Shown piece by piece: positions 62,562 through 64,000 of a stretch of 64,000 nt of DNA; positions within the stretch are counted from its first letter, which is position 1, and each line of letters begins with the position of its first letter. The notes under the pieces are model-generated. The model had not been told where the DNA came from and searched no databases. It saw only the letters and a program-made list of their open reading frames with translations. The stretch lies in assembly GCA_050184475.1 (NCBI GenBank), contig JBFXAH010000001.1:59604-123603 (forward strand), given 5' to 3'. A program made the position numbers and the translations under genes. The DNA is from Pirellulales bacterium. GTDB taxonomy: Bacteria > Planctomycetota > Planctomycetia > Pirellulales > JAEUIK01.

Positions 62562-64000
62562 CAGTCGGTCCTCCGATACGAGTGCCCGGTCTTCAGGCCG
62601 GCGACAAACACCACCAGCGCCACCGCGCCGAGAAAGAAGATCGTGTCCCCGGGAATTCGCAGCCAGCGGAGCGTCTGCATGACGGGCAACTGCATCAATT
62701 CGCTGCTGCGCGCGTACCAGTAACCCTGGTCGACCGAGGCCCAGGTTTGCATCAGCCCGACCGGCAACAGGCTCAGCACGCACATGGCAAACAGCCCGAC
62801 GTTCATCGACCAGAACGAGAAGCGCAGCAGCCCGTCTTTCCATTCTCGACCGGGGATGAGCGCCCGCAGGCAGACCAGCATCAGTCCGATGCCGAGCAGG
62901 CCGTAAACGCCGAAGAGCGCGGCGTGACCGTGTACGGGAGTCGTGTTCAGCCCTTGCATGTAGTACAGGGCAATCGGCGGATTGATCATGAACCCGAACA
63001 GGCCGGCCCCCACCATGTTCCAGAAGGCGACCGCCACGAAGAAATAGATCGGCCACTTATAGTGTCGCACCCAGGGGGTGACCCCCGTGCGGCGCAGTTC
63101 TTCCATGGCGTCGAAGCCGACCAAGGCGAGCGGCACCACTTCGAGCGCGCTGAACACCGACCCCCAGGCCAGGGCCACGGTGGGCGTGCCTGCGAAATAC
63201 AGGTGATGGCAAGTGCCGATGATGCCGCCGGAGAGAAAGATCGTCGCCGACAACAGCGCCGAGGCCGCCGCGACACCTGGCCGCACCAGGCCCAATCGCA
63301 TGAAGAAAAAGGCGATCACCGTGGTGGCGAAGACTTCGAAGAAACCTTCGACCCACAGATGCACGACCCACCATCGCCAGTATTCGACCATCGACAGGTG
63401 GGTGTGCTGCCCCCAAGTCAGGCCTGCCCCGTAGAACAGCGCGATCGCGGCGGTCGCGACCAGCAGCAGCGTGACGAGTTGACGTTCGTTGCCCTGCGCC
63501 CGGGTGGCCGGCCAGATGACGCGGAGCATAAGCCCGAGCCAGAACAGCAGGCCGACAAATAGCGCGATCTGCCAGATGCGCCCCAGATCGACGTATTCGT
63601 AACCCTGATGACCGAGATAGAACGCGACCGTGTCGGACAACTGATTGTGGACGCTCAACAGCTCGCCGGTCAGCGAACCGACCACCACGACCAGCAGCGC
63701 CAGAAACAACAGGTTGACGCCCAGGGCCTGCCCTTTGGGCTCGACGTTGCTGACCAGTGGGCCAATGAACAACCCTGCGCCCAGCCAGGCCGTGGCGATC
63801 CAGAACAGGCCGATCTGCACGTGCCAGGTACGGGCGACGCTGTAGGGCAACCACCGCGACAGCGGGATGCCGTAGAAGCCATCTCCTTCGACACCGTAGT
63901 GGGCCGTGATCACACCCAGCAGCATCTGCACCAGGATGAGCGCCGCCACGATCCAGAAGAACTTGGTCGTGGCGCGCTGCGAAGGGGTCGACTGCCAGGA
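62561..64000 (-). CDS. norB: Nitric-oxide reductase large subunit, quinol-dependent type (qNOR, NorB/NorZ-like); N-terminus lies outside the window
   Basis: The frame is open to the window edge (…SWQSTPSQRATTKFFWIVAALILVQMLLGVITAHYGVEGDGFYGIPLSRWLPYSVARTWHVQIGLFWIATAW). Heme-copper oxidase His ligands occur in HLWVEGFFEVF, GTCHHLYF and HGHAALFGVYG. Confidence 0.85.
   Translation of the reverse strand, partial: SWQSTPSQRATTKFFWIVAALILVQMLLGVITAHYGVEGDGFYGIPLSRWLPYSVARTWHVQIGLFWIATAWLGAGLFIGPLVSNVEPKGQALGVNLLFLALLVVVVGSLTGELLSVHNQLSDTVAFYLGHQGYEYVDLGRIWQIALFVGLLFWLGLMLRVIWPATRAQGNERQLVTLLLVATAAIALFYGAGLTWGQHTHLSMVEYWRWWVVHLWVEGFFEVFATTVIAFFFMRLGLVRPGVAAASALLSATIFLSGGIIGTCHHLYFAGTPTVALAWGSVFSALEVVPLALVGFDAMEELRRTGVTPWVRHYKWPIYFFVAVAFWNMVGAGLFGFMINPPIALYYMQGLNTTPVHGHAALFGVYGLLGIGLMLVCLRALIPGREWKDGLLRFSFWSMNVGLFAMCVLSLLPVGLMQTWASVDQGYWYARSSELMQLPVMQTLRWLRIPGDTIFFLGAVALVVFVAGLKTGHSYRRTD

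Noticed and set aside
1-64000. tRNA, rRNA, tmRNA, RNase P RNA or known riboswitches in the intergenic regions
   Set aside because: Reading the intergenic stretches (14612-14943, 17623-18195, 31201-31686, 46570-46728, 48193-48356, 52171-52332, 53668-54710), I saw no cloverleaf-type or otherwise familiar conserved RNA sequence. A covariance-model scan would be needed to be definitive.

Overview
GC-rich window, judged by eye to be well above 60% GC. The gene content looks planctomycete: two DUF1559 'prepilin-like' proteins, a PSCyt/DUF1549/DUF1553 protein paired with DUF1501, a giant secreted protein with an N-terminal LEDRRLL motif, and sulfatases. I support about 38 protein-coding genes, including one gene fragment at each window edge and one frameshifted paralog. 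I found no rRNA, tRNA, CRISPR array, transposase or integrase.

Gene blocks, in order:
- 3-4401 (+): a translationally coupled type II secretion / type IV pilus-like operon. It has two GspF-type platform genes, three small pseudopilin-like genes and a DUF1559 protein.
- 4402-17622 (-): an SGNH-esterase/sialidase-like fusion, an MHS-type MFS transporter, a 2257-aa multidomain secreted protein, and a beta-propeller/phosphoesterase fusion.
- 17623-20510: a repeat-rich accessory-looking stretch. It holds paralogous small membrane proteins, two copies of a ~200-bp palindromic element and one frameshifted paralog.
- 20550-28414 (-): sulfatase, membrane SGNH-like protein, DUF1501 and PSCyt/DUF1553.
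- 28615-31200 (-): a Ser/Thr kinase fused to an AmiC/UrtA-like binding domain.
- 31687-40695 (+): TetR, a membrane fusion protein and two tandem RND pumps.
- 40776-46569 (-): a CzcBA-like metal efflux operon bracketed by two Cys/His-rich small proteins.
- 46729-53667: housekeeping-type genes (HerA-like DUF853 ATPase, HdeD, alpha/beta hydrolase, acyl-CoA ligase, HEAT lipoprotein, DUF1559).
- 53668-58988: a ~1-kb structured intergenic region followed by an orphan 1425-aa internally duplicated membrane protein.
- 59062-62057 (-): a BlaI/BlaR1-type pair with an unusual sensor.
- 62214-64000 (-): a cupin gene overlapping a partial qNOR gene.

Best candidates for something undescribed:
1. The pseudopilus operon hard-wired to a DUF1559 protein.
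2. The small-membrane-protein and palindromic-element locus.
3. The Cys/His-motif accessory proteins of the metal RND operon.
4. The orphan 1425-aa two-module membrane protein.

All family calls come from motif recognition by eye, not from database searches. Start codons are often uncertain because GTG/TTG starts are common and the high GC content creates long spurious ORFs.
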